Positions 27,870-37,405 of a DNA stretch of 64,000 nt are shown here, piece by piece. Positions within the stretch are counted from its first letter, which is position 1. Each line of letters begins with the position of its first letter. The notes below the pieces were generated by a model, which saw only the letters and a program-made list of their open reading frames with translations, was not told where the DNA came from and ran no database searches. The DNA is from Candidatus Woesebacteria bacterium (lineage in GTDB: Bacteria; Patescibacteriota; Microgenomatia; UBA1400; MFAQ01): positions 129,006 through 193,005 of the forward strand of contig DAOORK010000001.1 in assembly GCA_035389185.1 (NCBI GenBank). Reading direction: 5' to 3'. The position numbers and the translations under genes were made by a program.

Positions 27870-29130
27870 TGAGACTGGTGAGGTATTCTTGAATGAATAG
27901 TAGTCGGTTATACTTGGCCACACGCTCGCCTCTTCCTGGAGCACCAAACTTGACAAAGTCTGCACCAATTCCTACAGCAAAATCGGCCAGAAAATCTTCA
28001 TCGGTGTCACCTGATCGATGAGAAACGACAATAGTGATGTTGTTCTTTTTGGCAAGTTTGACCACAGAGACTGTTTCGGAAATAGTACCAACCTGATTGG
28101 GTTTGATAATGATGGCATTACATGCATTTTTTTGGATGGATTCCTCGAGGCGTTTTTTGTTGGTAACCAAGAGATCATCACCAACAATCATCATTTGTTT
28201 TCCGATCTGGTTAGTGAGATCTGTCCAGTCTGACCATGAGTCCTGATCAAAAGGATCTTCAACCGAGAGAAGACCGTATTTCTTGTTGAGGTTGATAATA
28301 AAGTCTCGAAATTGCTGACCGGAAATATTGTCTTTAAGGTCGGAAATTTTGTATTTGCCGTTTTTGAATAGACTGGTTGCGGCAATGTCTAGACCAAGGT
28401 AGACGTCTTGATTGAGTTTGTATGGGCTAGCTTCAATTGTTTCGACTAATAACTCGATTGCATCGGTGTTGCTAAATAAGTTGGGAGCGAAACCGCCTTC
28501 ATCGCCAACTGAGTGAATACCTTTTTTCTCGATAAGAAGATTTTTAAGATTGTGATATAAGGTACCGCCAATTTCTAAAGCATCGGAGAATTTTTTTTGA
28601 CTACTGGGAATCACATGGAACTCTTGAAAATCAAGGTTTCCGGCTCCATGTTTTCCTCCGTTGATAAGATTAAAAATGGGTGTCGGCAAGTCGAGGGCGG
28701 TAGGCTTATTTAGACCGTATTTTTCGGCTGTGTATTGGAAAGTAGGCATTCCTGAGCAGGCCGCACCAAGTTCAAAACAAGCTTGAGAGACAGAAAGAAT
28801 GGCATTGGCTCCAAGACGGGATTTATTTTCTGTTCCATCTATGTTTAATAAAATCTGATCAATATTGTTTTGACGGGTTGGGTCTTGACCAATAAGATAT
28901 TTGGCAATTATTTGATTGACATTGGCAACAGCTTTTAGGACTCCTTTACCGTCAAATCGATCAGGATCACCATCTCTTAATTCAAAAGATTCAAGACGTC
29001 CGGTAGAAGCTCCACTGGGAATTGAGGCCACTGATCCGTGTTTGTCATCGGTCCAGATAGTGGTTTCGATGGTAGGATTTCCTCTTGAGTCGAGAATTTC
29101 TCTGGCGTAGACGGATTTAATTTTGGACAT
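27862..29130 (-). CDS. eno: Enolase
   Basis: ILDSRGNPT, GDEGGFAP, IKPNQVGT, VSHRSG. Confidence 0.97.
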   Translation of the reverse strand: MSKIKSVYAREILDSRGNPTIETTIWTDDKHGSVASIPSGASTGRLESFELRDGDPDRFDGKGVLKAVANVNQIIAKYLIGQDPTRQNNIDQILLNIDGTENKSRLGANAILSVSQACFELGAACSGMPTFQYTAEKYGLNKPTALDLPTPIFNLINGGKHGAGNLDFQEFHVIPSSQKKFSDALEIGGTLYHNLKNLLIEKKGIHSVGDEGGFAPNLFSNTDAIELLVETIEASPYKLNQDVYLGLDIAATSLFKNGKYKISDLKDNISGQQFRDFIINLNKKYGLLSVEDPFDQDSWSDWTDLTNQIGKQMMIVGDDLLVTNKKRLEESIQKNACNAIIIKPNQVGTISETVSVVKLAKKNNITIVVSHRSGDTDEDFLADFAVGIGADFVKFGAPGRGERVAKYNRLLFIQEYLTSLNG

Positions 29131-29132
29131 TT

Positions 29133-31400
29133 TTATTTAAGTAAGCGTCTTTCAATTTCGGCAACTGTTCTTCGAGTATTATCAACGGCGTCCGGGCTAA
29201 CAGAAACTGAGGTAATTCCCCAGGAAACTAGTTTTTCAACTAGATCCGGATAGAGACTAGCTGCTTGCCCACAAAGTGAACAGGTGATGTGTTTTTTGAC
29301 TGCTGTCTTGACAACATGTTCTAGAGCCCAGAGTACGGCAGGATTTCTTTCATCAAACTCAACAGCCACTGATTCGTTATCCCGATCTGTACCAAGAATA
29401 AGCATGGTGAGATCGTTTGATCCAATAGACACACCGTCGATACCAACATTGATAAAGTCTTCTAGAAGAATCACATTTGAGGGTATCTCGACCATCATCC
29501 ATAGTTTGAAGCTATTGGAACGAGTTAAACCTGCTGCAGAAATAATTCTTTTAACCTTGATCAGTTCGTCAACAGTGCGAACAAAAGGAACCATAAGATG
29601 TAGATTTTTGTAGCCCATTTTGTTGCGGACCATTTTGATGGCTTCCAGTTCGAGATTAAAGACCGTTTCATCTGAGATGTAGCGATAGGCGCCTCTAAAA
29701 CCAAGCATAGGATTGGGTTCTGTGGGTTCGTAATTTTGGCCGCCTATTAGATTACGATACTCGTTTGTTTTGAAGTCGGTAGCTCGATAGATAACCGGTC
29801 TATCGCCAAAACTTTTGGTGAATCGAGCCATGTTTTCGGCCAGTTTTTCGACAAATAATTTGCTTTTGCCGTCGCGAATCATCTTTTTGGGATGAGTACC
29901 AATTTCGGCAATCATAAACTCAGCCCGAAGCAAACCGACACCATCTGAGTTTCCTTGAGCCACAATTGAAGCTAGTTCTGGCTCTCCCAGATTGACATAT
30001 ATTTTGGTGGCTGTTTTGGGAAACTCGAGTTCTTTGAAGTCTTTTACTTCAACTGTTTTACCTTTTTCCGGTACACCATTGTAAATAGCACCAGTAGAGC
30101 CATTGACGGTAACGATTTGATCCTCTTTGAGTATTTTGGAAGCATTTTTTGTACCAACAACTGCCGGAACACCCAACTCTCGGCTAACAATGGCGGCATG
30201 AGAGGTTTGCCCACCCTTGTCAGTGATAATGGCAGCCGCACGTTTCATGGCAGGGACAAAGTCGGGAGCGGTCATCTCGGTTACCAGCACATCTCCGACT
30301 TTTATTTTGTCGATTTCCTTGGCGGACTTAATCTTAACTACTTTTCCAAAGCCAATACCAAAAGAGGCGGGTTCTCCTTGAACGATTTGAGTAAGGTTTT
30401 TGAGCTGGGACTCGGAAATTACTCTCTTTCCTTTGGAAAGATCTAGAGTGGTAATGGGCCTGGTTTGAACCAAGTAGACTTTTCCGTTTTCGACAGCGAA
30501 TTCGGAGTCTTGGGGAAAGAAATAATGTTGATGCACTTTGATCGACAGCTGAGCAACCTCGATTATCTGTTCGTCGGTTAACTTAGGTAGATTAATTTTC
30601 TTTTCGGGAACTTTGACTTTTTTCACCCCGCTTGGATAATCGTAGACTTCCATAACGGTTTGGGGAACATTGTTTCGGGAGTGAATTCGAAGGGTATCTT
30701 TGTTGACGATATAGTGATCAGGATTTACGACTCCTTGAACCATGTAATCTCCCAGACCCCATACTGTTTCAACCACAACTTGGTTTTTGTTTTTACTTAC
30801 AGGGTTAACCGAAAAGGCAACTCCGGATACTTCGGACTGAACCATTAGCTGAACTGGAATGGCAAGGTAAACCTTAAAATGATCAAAGCCTTTGGTAACG
30901 CGATAAAAAATGGCTCTAGCTTCCCAAAGAGATGCCCAGGCACTACGAACAGCCTGAATAAGATTTGATTCCCCTTTGATGTTGAGGTATGACTCTTGCT
31001 GGCCGGCAAAAGATGCGTCAGGAAGGTCTTCGGCCGTAGCAGAGGAACGAACAGCTACAAGAGGATTCTTGTCTCCGGATTTGAGATTAGAGTAGTGATG
31101 GAATATTTCATTGACTAACTCTTGGGGAATATCGGCGGTATTGAGAAGACGCTGGATCTTTACGGAGGCTCTCTCAAGTTCTTTCTGATTGGTAACTTCA
31201 GTTTGACGGATTATTTCTCGGATAACAGGTTGAAGCGCGTTGTGATCAATGACTTTTCGGTAAGCGTCGGCAGTGACAACAAACCCATTTGGAACTGGCA
31301 AACCCATGTGATACATCTCTCCCAAGTTAGCTCCTTTGCCTCCTACAAGAGCAATATCTTCTTTTCTGATTTTGGAAAATGGTAATACCAGGGCAGGCAT
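29133..31400 (-). CDS. ppsA: Phosphoenolpyruvate synthase
   Basis: VGGKGANLGEM, SFAGQ, GGQTSHAAIVSRE phospho-His, EPNPMLGFRG. Confidence 0.95.
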   Translation of the reverse strand: MPALVLPFSKIRKEDIALVGGKGANLGEMYHMGLPVPNGFVVTADAYRKVIDHNALQPVIREIIRQTEVTNQKELERASVKIQRLLNTADIPQELVNEIFHHYSNLKSGDKNPLVAVRSSATAEDLPDASFAGQQESYLNIKGESNLIQAVRSAWASLWEARAIFYRVTKGFDHFKVYLAIPVQLMVQSEVSGVAFSVNPVSKNKNQVVVETVWGLGDYMVQGVVNPDHYIVNKDTLRIHSRNNVPQTVMEVYDYPSGVKKVKVPEKKINLPKLTDEQIIEVAQLSIKVHQHYFFPQDSEFAVENGKVYLVQTRPITTLDLSKGKRVISESQLKNLTQIVQGEPASFGIGFGKVVKIKSAKEIDKIKVGDVLVTEMTAPDFVPAMKRAAAIITDKGGQTSHAAIVSRELGVPAVVGTKNASKILKEDQIVTVNGSTGAIYNGVPEKGKTVEVKDFKELEFPKTATKIYVNLGEPELASIVAQGNSDGVGLLRAEFMIAEIGTHPKKMIRDGKSKLFVEKLAENMARFTKSFGDRPVIYRATDFKTNEYRNLIGGQNYEPTEPNPMLGFRGAYRYISDETVFNLELEAIKMVRNKMGYKNLHLMVPFVRTVDELIKVKRIISAAGLTRSNSFKLWMMVEIPSNVILLEDFINVGIDGVSIGSNDLTMLILGTDRDNESVAVEFDERNPAVLWALEHVVKTAVKKHITCSLCGQAASLYPDLVEKLVSWGITSVSVSPDAVDNTRRTVAEIERRLLK

Positions 31401-31405
31401 TTTGA

Positions 31406-32476
31406 TTAAATTAATTGTTTTTTAAAAAGATCCACCCAAGGATTGGTTCCAGGATCTTGCTTATTGACGATACTTAAATAATAGCTAAACATAACCAAAA
31501 AGACCAGCGATTCAAATACTTGAGAAATAATATCGACGGACTCAGGCTTGATTACCGTAAGTTGGTATTTTTGTTTGAGAAGAATCTCTTTGGTTAATTT
31601 TAGTCTTTTTTGAATTATCTCGGGATAAAGAGAGGAATCTAGCAAAATAAAACGCGTGTTGTCTTTTAGAGATGTGGGAAAGGTAAAGCCTTCCATTAGG
31701 TGATGATTTAGGTCGGGAAGGGAAAACCAAGTGCTAAATGTTTTTGAGGTTTCATTAAGAAAGTTTGAGGCCGTTTTGGCGACGCCATTGAGATGATTAG
31801 CGGAAAAAATAATGACTGACTGACCTTTATTTTTTAGGGCCAGTGATTTTGCGGGATTAATGGTGCTGGCAATTTCCAGTTTTTGACTGTCCAGACATCT
31901 TTCGATTGTTCTTTCAATGTCTTTGGTATCGATGTGACGGAAAGATTCTGGATTAAGACGAACCAGTAATCCAAGAAGACCGCCAAGCATAAGACCTAGT
32001 CCGAATCTGGGGACACGTGAGTGATTTAGTTTTTCGTCGAGTAGAAGAAGTGGTAGATGTTCTTTGATGGCAAAGTCCTTGAGTTTTCCACCTGTGGTGA
32101 TAACCACTGCGGGAGACTGTCTTTGCTTGACATCTTGGGCACAGGATAGTGTTTCTTCGGTATTACCGGAGTAACTAACCAAAATAACAAGAGTTTTTTT
32201 GTTTACAAAGGACGGTAAGCGATAGTTTGCAATGATTTCAAATGGAATCTTAAGTAGGAATGGAGACAATGACTGGGCGATGTGGGCGGCAAGATTGGAG
32301 CCTCCCATACCGGCAACGACAATATTCTCGATCTTTTCCGGTCCAAAATTGAGATTAACAAACTGCGAGTCATGCCAGGCAGACTCGAATTGTTGGGCAA
32401 GATTCGACAATGACTTATTTACTCCCAAGGAGTCATACTGTGCGAAAGATTTCTGATTATCAAGTAGACTTTTCAT
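31406..32476 (-). CDS. Bifunctional phosphoglucose/phosphomannose isomerase (SIS domain)
   Basis: VAGMGGS, SYSGNTEET, NETSK, PDLNHH motifs. Confidence 0.88.
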   Translation of the reverse strand: MKSLLDNQKSFAQYDSLGVNKSLSNLAQQFESAWHDSQFVNLNFGPEKIENIVVAGMGGSNLAAHIAQSLSPFLLKIPFEIIANYRLPSFVNKKTLVILVSYSGNTEETLSCAQDVKQRQSPAVVITTGGKLKDFAIKEHLPLLLLDEKLNHSRVPRFGLGLMLGGLLGLLVRLNPESFRHIDTKDIERTIERCLDSQKLEIASTINPAKSLALKNKGQSVIIFSANHLNGVAKTASNFLNETSKTFSTWFSLPDLNHHLMEGFTFPTSLKDNTRFILLDSSLYPEIIQKRLKLTKEILLKQKYQLTVIKPESVDIISQVFESLVFLVMFSYYLSIVNKQDPGTNPWVDLFKKQLI

Positions 32477-32500
32477 GCGGATAGTTAAGTATAGCAAGAA

Positions 32501-33907
32501 TCAGGAAAGTGCCGATGTGTTTGAACCTGAGTCCATGTCGATTTCGGGAAACTTCTTAAACATGGAGGCAATCTCTTGTTTGAGTTTGTCATAACCTTCT
32601 TGTGTTTTACTCTCGAATTTGGTGGTCAGATATGGCCCGTTTTGTGAGGCGCGAACGACAACCATTGAGTCATCGGTGTCGATACGAACTCCATCAATTT
32701 CATCCACCTGTCCGTTGGGGACAATTTTTAGCAATTCATTTTTGATCGGCCCGGAGATGAATTGGAATTTGATATCGTCGGCTAGACCGAACTTAATTTC
32801 CGGACTGCTAATGTATTTGGGAAGCTTGTTGACAGCTTCATGAAGAGTAATACCGATTCTTTCCAGATAGCTCAAAAGGCGCATTGAAGCATAAGCGGCA
32901 TCATCGTGGCCATAAAAATTGTCCATAAAGAAAATGTGACCGGAGAGTTCTCCCCCAAAAGGTGAACGTGAGGCTTTGATTTTTTCTTTTACAAAAGAGT
33001 GACCGGTACGAGAGATTGTGGGTATACCTCCGTGAGAGGCAATCGTTTCGGAAACAACTTTGGAACAAAGATTGTTGTAAACAATTGGGGCACCGGGAAT
33101 AAAATCAAGAACATCCTGAGCAAAAAGAGCAACAATCGTATCCATCCATAGAACCTGTCCTTCGTCATCAACAACGGCGATACGATCACCGTCTGCATCG
33201 TAGGCAAAACCAATATCTGCTTTTTCTTTGAGGACTGTTTTAGCCAGCCTTTCCAGAACTTCCGACTCGGTTGGATCAGGGTTACCCAAAGGATAGTTTC
33301 CGTCCGGAGTACAGTTCTGTTCGATTACTTCACAACCTGCTTTTCTTAATATTTTGGGGTAAAAAATACCCGATCCGGTGTTACAACCTTCGATCACCAC
33401 TTTCCACTTTTTTTCCAAGTGAAAATATTTGGTAATTTCTTCAAGATAGGGTTCGAAAATATCCTTGGCAATGTTTTTTCCTTGACCTTCACTAAACTTA
33501 CCGGATTCGACAAGGCGACGAAGTTCTTGAATTTCTTCAGTAACCATAGTGTCGGAGTAACCGACTGAAAGTTTAAGACCGTTGTACTCTTTGGGGTTGT
33601 GAGAGGCGGTTATCATGGCCCCTCCTTTTGTAAGGAAGACATAGGAGCTGAAATAAACTATCTGACTCATGGTGAGACCAAGATCAATAGTGTCTATTCC
33701 ACCGTCGTTTAGACCTTTGATAAAGGAAGATTTGAATTCTTCACTGGTAAGACGGTTGTCACAACCTACTGGACAGAGTTTGATTCTTCTTTGGGCAAGG
33801 AAGGTGGCATATCCCCTACCCAACTGATAATAAACGTCGGATGAGAGATCGACTCCGGCAACTCCTCGTAAATCATAACCTCGGTAAATCACAGGGTTTA
33901 TTTGCAT
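32501..33907 (-). CDS. Phosphomannomutase/phosphoglucomutase
   Basis: YDLRG, MITASHNP, DADGDR, GELSGH. Confidence 0.95.
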   Translation of the reverse strand: MQINPVIYRGYDLRGVAGVDLSSDVYYQLGRGYATFLAQRRIKLCPVGCDNRLTSEEFKSSFIKGLNDGGIDTIDLGLTMSQIVYFSSYVFLTKGGAMITASHNPKEYNGLKLSVGYSDTMVTEEIQELRRLVESGKFSEGQGKNIAKDIFEPYLEEITKYFHLEKKWKVVIEGCNTGSGIFYPKILRKAGCEVIEQNCTPDGNYPLGNPDPTESEVLERLAKTVLKEKADIGFAYDADGDRIAVVDDEGQVLWMDTIVALFAQDVLDFIPGAPIVYNNLCSKVVSETIASHGGIPTISRTGHSFVKEKIKASRSPFGGELSGHIFFMDNFYGHDDAAYASMRLLSYLERIGITLHEAVNKLPKYISSPEIKFGLADDIKFQFISGPIKNELLKIVPNGQVDEIDGVRIDTDDSMVVVRASQNGPYLTTKFESKTQEGYDKLKQEIASMFKKFPEIDMDSGSNTSALS

Positions 33908-33956
33908 ATATTGAGTATAACAATTTGGCAGATCGGTGAATTTGGTTTATGATTTT

Positions 33957-34184
33957 ATGGATATGTCAAAACAAACAAGTCTAAAGATAATTGGTGGAAT
34001 ATCAATTATCGGAGTTCTTTTTTCCGGTTTTTTGTCCTATCGAGAGCTGTTTCTTGGTAGCTGCGACCTGAGTTTTGTTAGCTGCGGTGCAAGTGTAGCC
34101 GGACTCCCTGCATGTGTTTACGGGCTGGTGATGTACACGGGAGTGTTGATTGTCAGCCTAATTGGTTTGAAGGCGAAAAAATAG
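33957..34184 (+). CDS. Small membrane protein resembling the N-terminal half of VKOR
   Basis: TM, loop C-x6-C, GLP.C.YG, TM. Confidence 0.6.
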   Translation: MDMSKQTSLKIIGGISIIGVLFSGFLSYRELFLGSCDLSFVSCGASVAGLPACVYGLVMYTGVLIVSLIGLKAKK

Positions 34185-34219
34185 TGCAAAAAAACACCCT
34201 CTTACGAGGGTGTGGTAAA

Positions 34220-35563
34220 TCATTTTTCTACCAAAGTCATCTTGTCGGCAATGTCAGCAATTCTCACACTATATTCCTGACCGTCGATTTTGATACCAAC
34301 CATGGCATCGGCGAACGCAGCCTTCATTCGATCAATCAATTCACTGGATTTAGTCTCAATGGTGTCAGCTAGACCAATTTCATATTTGGCATGGGCGAGA
34401 GCTGTTGGATCACCAGAAGCTTTAGCCGGATTATCTGAAATTTTGACAGTCCAGACACGACGTCCATCGGGAAGATATACAGCAATCTGCTTGATGACGA
34501 TTTGCAGAGGTTCAACTCCGACAATGTCATTACTCAGATTTGTACCGATACCAAAGGCACACTTGATTTTGCCTTTGCAGTAGGCGACGATTTCTTCAAC
34601 AAGGCTTACGTTAAGACTATCGGAGAAGAGAATTGTCTTGGAGAGTGGGTCGATAGCCAGAAACTTGTAATGAGCCACAATTTTGTCGGTGTACACCTTG
34701 TACTCTTCCGAGTCGTTGCGAACTCCGTCATAAAGCATGGCGGTATGACGATCAAAACACTTGAGAAAATCATTGGTGGTGAATGTGTCGGTTAAGGCAA
34801 TGCCCAGACGAGTATCAAAGACTTCTATCCAGGTTTCAAGAGCTTTCTTGTTTGCCATACGAATGCCGAGAAGACCCATCCATGTCTGGTACCACTTATG
34901 GGCATTAGTACCCATAGGATTGATATCAAAGTCCATACACAGCTGGACGTTGCTAGCACCATTGAGTACGCCACCTTCACTGGTAAGTCTTGCGGATTCA
35001 ATAAGGGCCCGGAGAACACACTTCTCCACTTCGTAAGAAAATCGTCTGCGAGCACCAAATTCGGAAAAGTAAGCACTAGCTTTTCTTAGACGGAGGCCTT
35101 TTTCCTTGGCTCGAAGAATGTAGTTGGGGTCTGGCTCTTGGCCCGTCATCTTGTAGTAGAGTTCCGAAATTAGTGCCATGATTGGAGTTTCCCAGTAGAC
35201 TGTACGACAGAATCGTCCTTTGATGCGAACCTCAAGACGTTTGTTGTGCTGGGTTACTTCAACTTCATGCGGATCAAACTGATACGTATGTAACCAGGCG
35301 ATGTATTCCTCAGTGAGATAGTGACCACATCTCCGTCTTAAAAATGCTGCTTGATCTTCCGACAAACTCAGATTGGCCATGAGGTTAATTTGAGCCCTGA
35401 GTTCTTCGGCAAATCCTTCAGGAAATGCGATATCTTTGCGGATTATCAGCTTGTCTTCGGTAATGACTTTGGGGATTTTAATGAGGGCGGCCATCCCCAT
35501 GGTAAAGCCATAGAGATCATTATCAAGTAGCGAGTTAATGATCTGGGGATATTTATTTCCCAT
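34220..35563 (-). CDS. pncB: Nicotinate phosphoribosyltransferase
   Basis: SLLDNDLY, EFGARRRFS, GTNAH, ALTDTF, FSDSL, FGIGT, KISDNPAK. Confidence 0.93.
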   Translation of the reverse strand: MGNKYPQIINSLLDNDLYGFTMGMAALIKIPKVITEDKLIIRKDIAFPEGFAEELRAQINLMANLSLSEDQAAFLRRRCGHYLTEEYIAWLHTYQFDPHEVEVTQHNKRLEVRIKGRFCRTVYWETPIMALISELYYKMTGQEPDPNYILRAKEKGLRLRKASAYFSEFGARRRFSYEVEKCVLRALIESARLTSEGGVLNGASNVQLCMDFDINPMGTNAHKWYQTWMGLLGIRMANKKALETWIEVFDTRLGIALTDTFTTNDFLKCFDRHTAMLYDGVRNDSEEYKVYTDKIVAHYKFLAIDPLSKTILFSDSLNVSLVEEIVAYCKGKIKCAFGIGTNLSNDIVGVEPLQIVIKQIAVYLPDGRRVWTVKISDNPAKASGDPTALAHAKYEIGLADTIETKSSELIDRMKAAFADAMVGIKIDGQEYSVRIADIADKMTLVEK

Positions 35564-35676
35564 ACTTCCTCCTTTTTAGAGTGCGAAAAGAATAGATTAC
35601 GGCCTATATTGTATCTCTTGATGATCTATTAATCAAGCGTTATAATCTGAAAGTACAATTTTTAAGGAGGTAGACA

Positions 35677-35856
35677 GTGAACGCAATTACGGACATTTAT
35701 AAATGGCAAAGAGGTTTCGTGTTCAAATCATTCCTAAAGGGAATGAGATCCAAGAAACTCGGTAGCCAACCTGCTCCTTGGATGATCAAGGGTCTTCAGG
35801 CAATTGAGTCCGGCAAGTTTTTGACCGTTGACATGATTAAACTGTATAACAGCTAA
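35677..35856 (+). CDS. 59-aa hypothetical protein (not in ORF track)
   Basis: TATAAT, AAGGAGG SD, GTG start, MNAITDIYKWQRGFVF...KLYNS*, then terminator 35859-35890. Confidence 0.6.
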   Translation: MNAITDIYKWQRGFVFKSFLKGMRSKKLGSQPAPWMIKGLQAIESGKFLTVDMIKLYNS

Positions 35857-35891
35857 ACAAAAACCCTCCATTTAGGAGGGTATTTTTTTTA

Positions 35892-37028
35892 TTATTCGCA
35901 GGTATTCCCTGAAGGAATTAATGCTTGCGATTTCAAGAGTTGATACTGTTGTTCAAAAGCTAAGGCAAGAGATTTATCATAGATTATGAGGAGATTCTCA
36001 TCGTTACTTTCATCAGCGTTTTTTGAAAAGTTGAATGAGCCAAAGATGACAATCTCTCCATCAATAATGATTACTTTGTGATGGAAGGTGGAACTACTGT
36101 TACCATCAAGGCGGACATCAAAACCCCTATTAAGTAACATTCTGCATTCCGAGGCTTCTGTATTGGCACCCCTGGTTTCAAAGATACCTTCGACTGTAAT
36201 ACCCTTTTCTGCTTCAGAAATCAAAGCTTCACCAAGATCATCGCTAGTGAAACTAAAGATCATAAAATGAATCAAGGTGTCGGCTGTATTGACGACATTG
36301 ATTATTTTTTCTAAAACATGATCTTCGGAGCCAAAATAGTTCTCTATCCTTACTCCATCAACGATAAAAACAGGATAGGGTGTGTCTGATGGTGATGTTG
36401 GCCCAAATTCTCCATGGTACATCTCGTCAAACTCGGTTTCATAGTTGGTCGCAAGCTCTGGAACGCAAATGTATATAGCATTTTCGTTGTTTTTGGTGGA
36501 TGCATTTTCCGTGATATTGAAAGAACCAGTCCAGACACAAGCATTGTCGAAAATGAAAAATTTGTTATGCATCGAAGCACTTCGATTATCTGCTACTGTT
36601 GGAATGCCTACGGCTTGGACTTCACCAATTTGTGGGTCGGTATCTGAGTACTCGTTGTCGTAGACTATTCGAACCTCAACACCACGATTTTGGGCTCTTA
36701 TTAAGGCCTGAGCTACGGATTCTAAATCAAATTCGAATATGGCCAGGTGGATTGAGGTTTCGGCATCATCGATTTTTTGAACTAGCGCCTCTTCAACATT
36801 TCTATCTTGTGGATCGTTGGGGTTGGTGAAATAGACTTCGTATTCGAGGTTGCTGAATGCAGTTTGGGTATTTGTAGAAAGTCCTTGAACTGTTTTTACC
36901 GGTTCAGTCTCAGAGATTGGCAGAGATTCAGTGTCTGTATCGTCATAGATGAAAAGAACAAGAGCAAAAACAATAAGTAGTAAAGACCAGAGCCATTTAT
37001 TGTTTGATTTGGGATGATTCGCGGGCAT
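35892..37028 (-). CDS. Phospholipase D family protein (two HKD motifs), membrane-anchored
   Basis: HNKFFIFD..WTGSFN and HHKVIIID..FGSFN; N-terminal TM. Confidence 0.9.
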   Translation of the reverse strand: MPANHPKSNNKWLWSLLLIVFALVLFIYDDTDTESLPISETEPVKTVQGLSTNTQTAFSNLEYEVYFTNPNDPQDRNVEEALVQKIDDAETSIHLAIFEFDLESVAQALIRAQNRGVEVRIVYDNEYSDTDPQIGEVQAVGIPTVADNRSASMHNKFFIFDNACVWTGSFNITENASTKNNENAIYICVPELATNYETEFDEMYHGEFGPTSPSDTPYPVFIVDGVRIENYFGSEDHVLEKIINVVNTADTLIHFMIFSFTSDDLGEALISEAEKGITVEGIFETRGANTEASECRMLLNRGFDVRLDGNSSSTFHHKVIIIDGEIVIFGSFNFSKNADESNDENLLIIYDKSLALAFEQQYQLLKSQALIPSGNTCE

Positions 37029-37335
37029 ATTTCTCCTCTAATTTTGTCATGATTTTCTCGAATACATTCTCATCCGTGTCGCCAATTTCGAGAATTGATG
37101 CGTTGTCAGTGAGGCTTTTTATTGTTTGGAAATGAGCCTTCTTGTCAATCATTTTTAGCGGATTAAACATTTGGTTTATTTCTTTGGCTAGCTGTAGGGC
37201 CACGTTAATTTCTTGTGATTTCTTTTTGTAAACCTTTATCAGCCAATCGATAACTCGAACGGCTTGAGAGTCAGTCAGATTGTCTAGAAGCGCTTCGTTG
37301 TCTAAGAATGACGGTGCTTCGTTATCAGATTCCAT
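36997..37335 (-). CDS. Hypothetical protein upstream of PLD
   Basis: AAGGAGG SD; overlaps the PLD start. Confidence 0.6.
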   Translation of the reverse strand: MESDNEAPSFLDNEALLDNLTDSQAVRVIDWLIKVYKKKSQEINVALQLAKEINQMFNPLKMIDKKAHFQTIKSLTDNASILEIGDTDENVFEKIMTKLEEKYARESSQIKQ

Positions 37336-37405
37336 GAATTACCTCCTTGTTAAAGTACGGGGGTAATTATATCAATAGGTTTGATGGATAAAGAAAAATA
37401 GCTAC

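Noticed and set aside
26349-33907. Glycolytic operon with ppsA as a novel system
   Set aside because: Ordinary central-carbon cluster with well-known enzymes
35892-37335. PLD plus small gene as a defence system
   Set aside because: The PLD is membrane-anchored with an extracellular-type linker in core context, and nothing else supports a defence role
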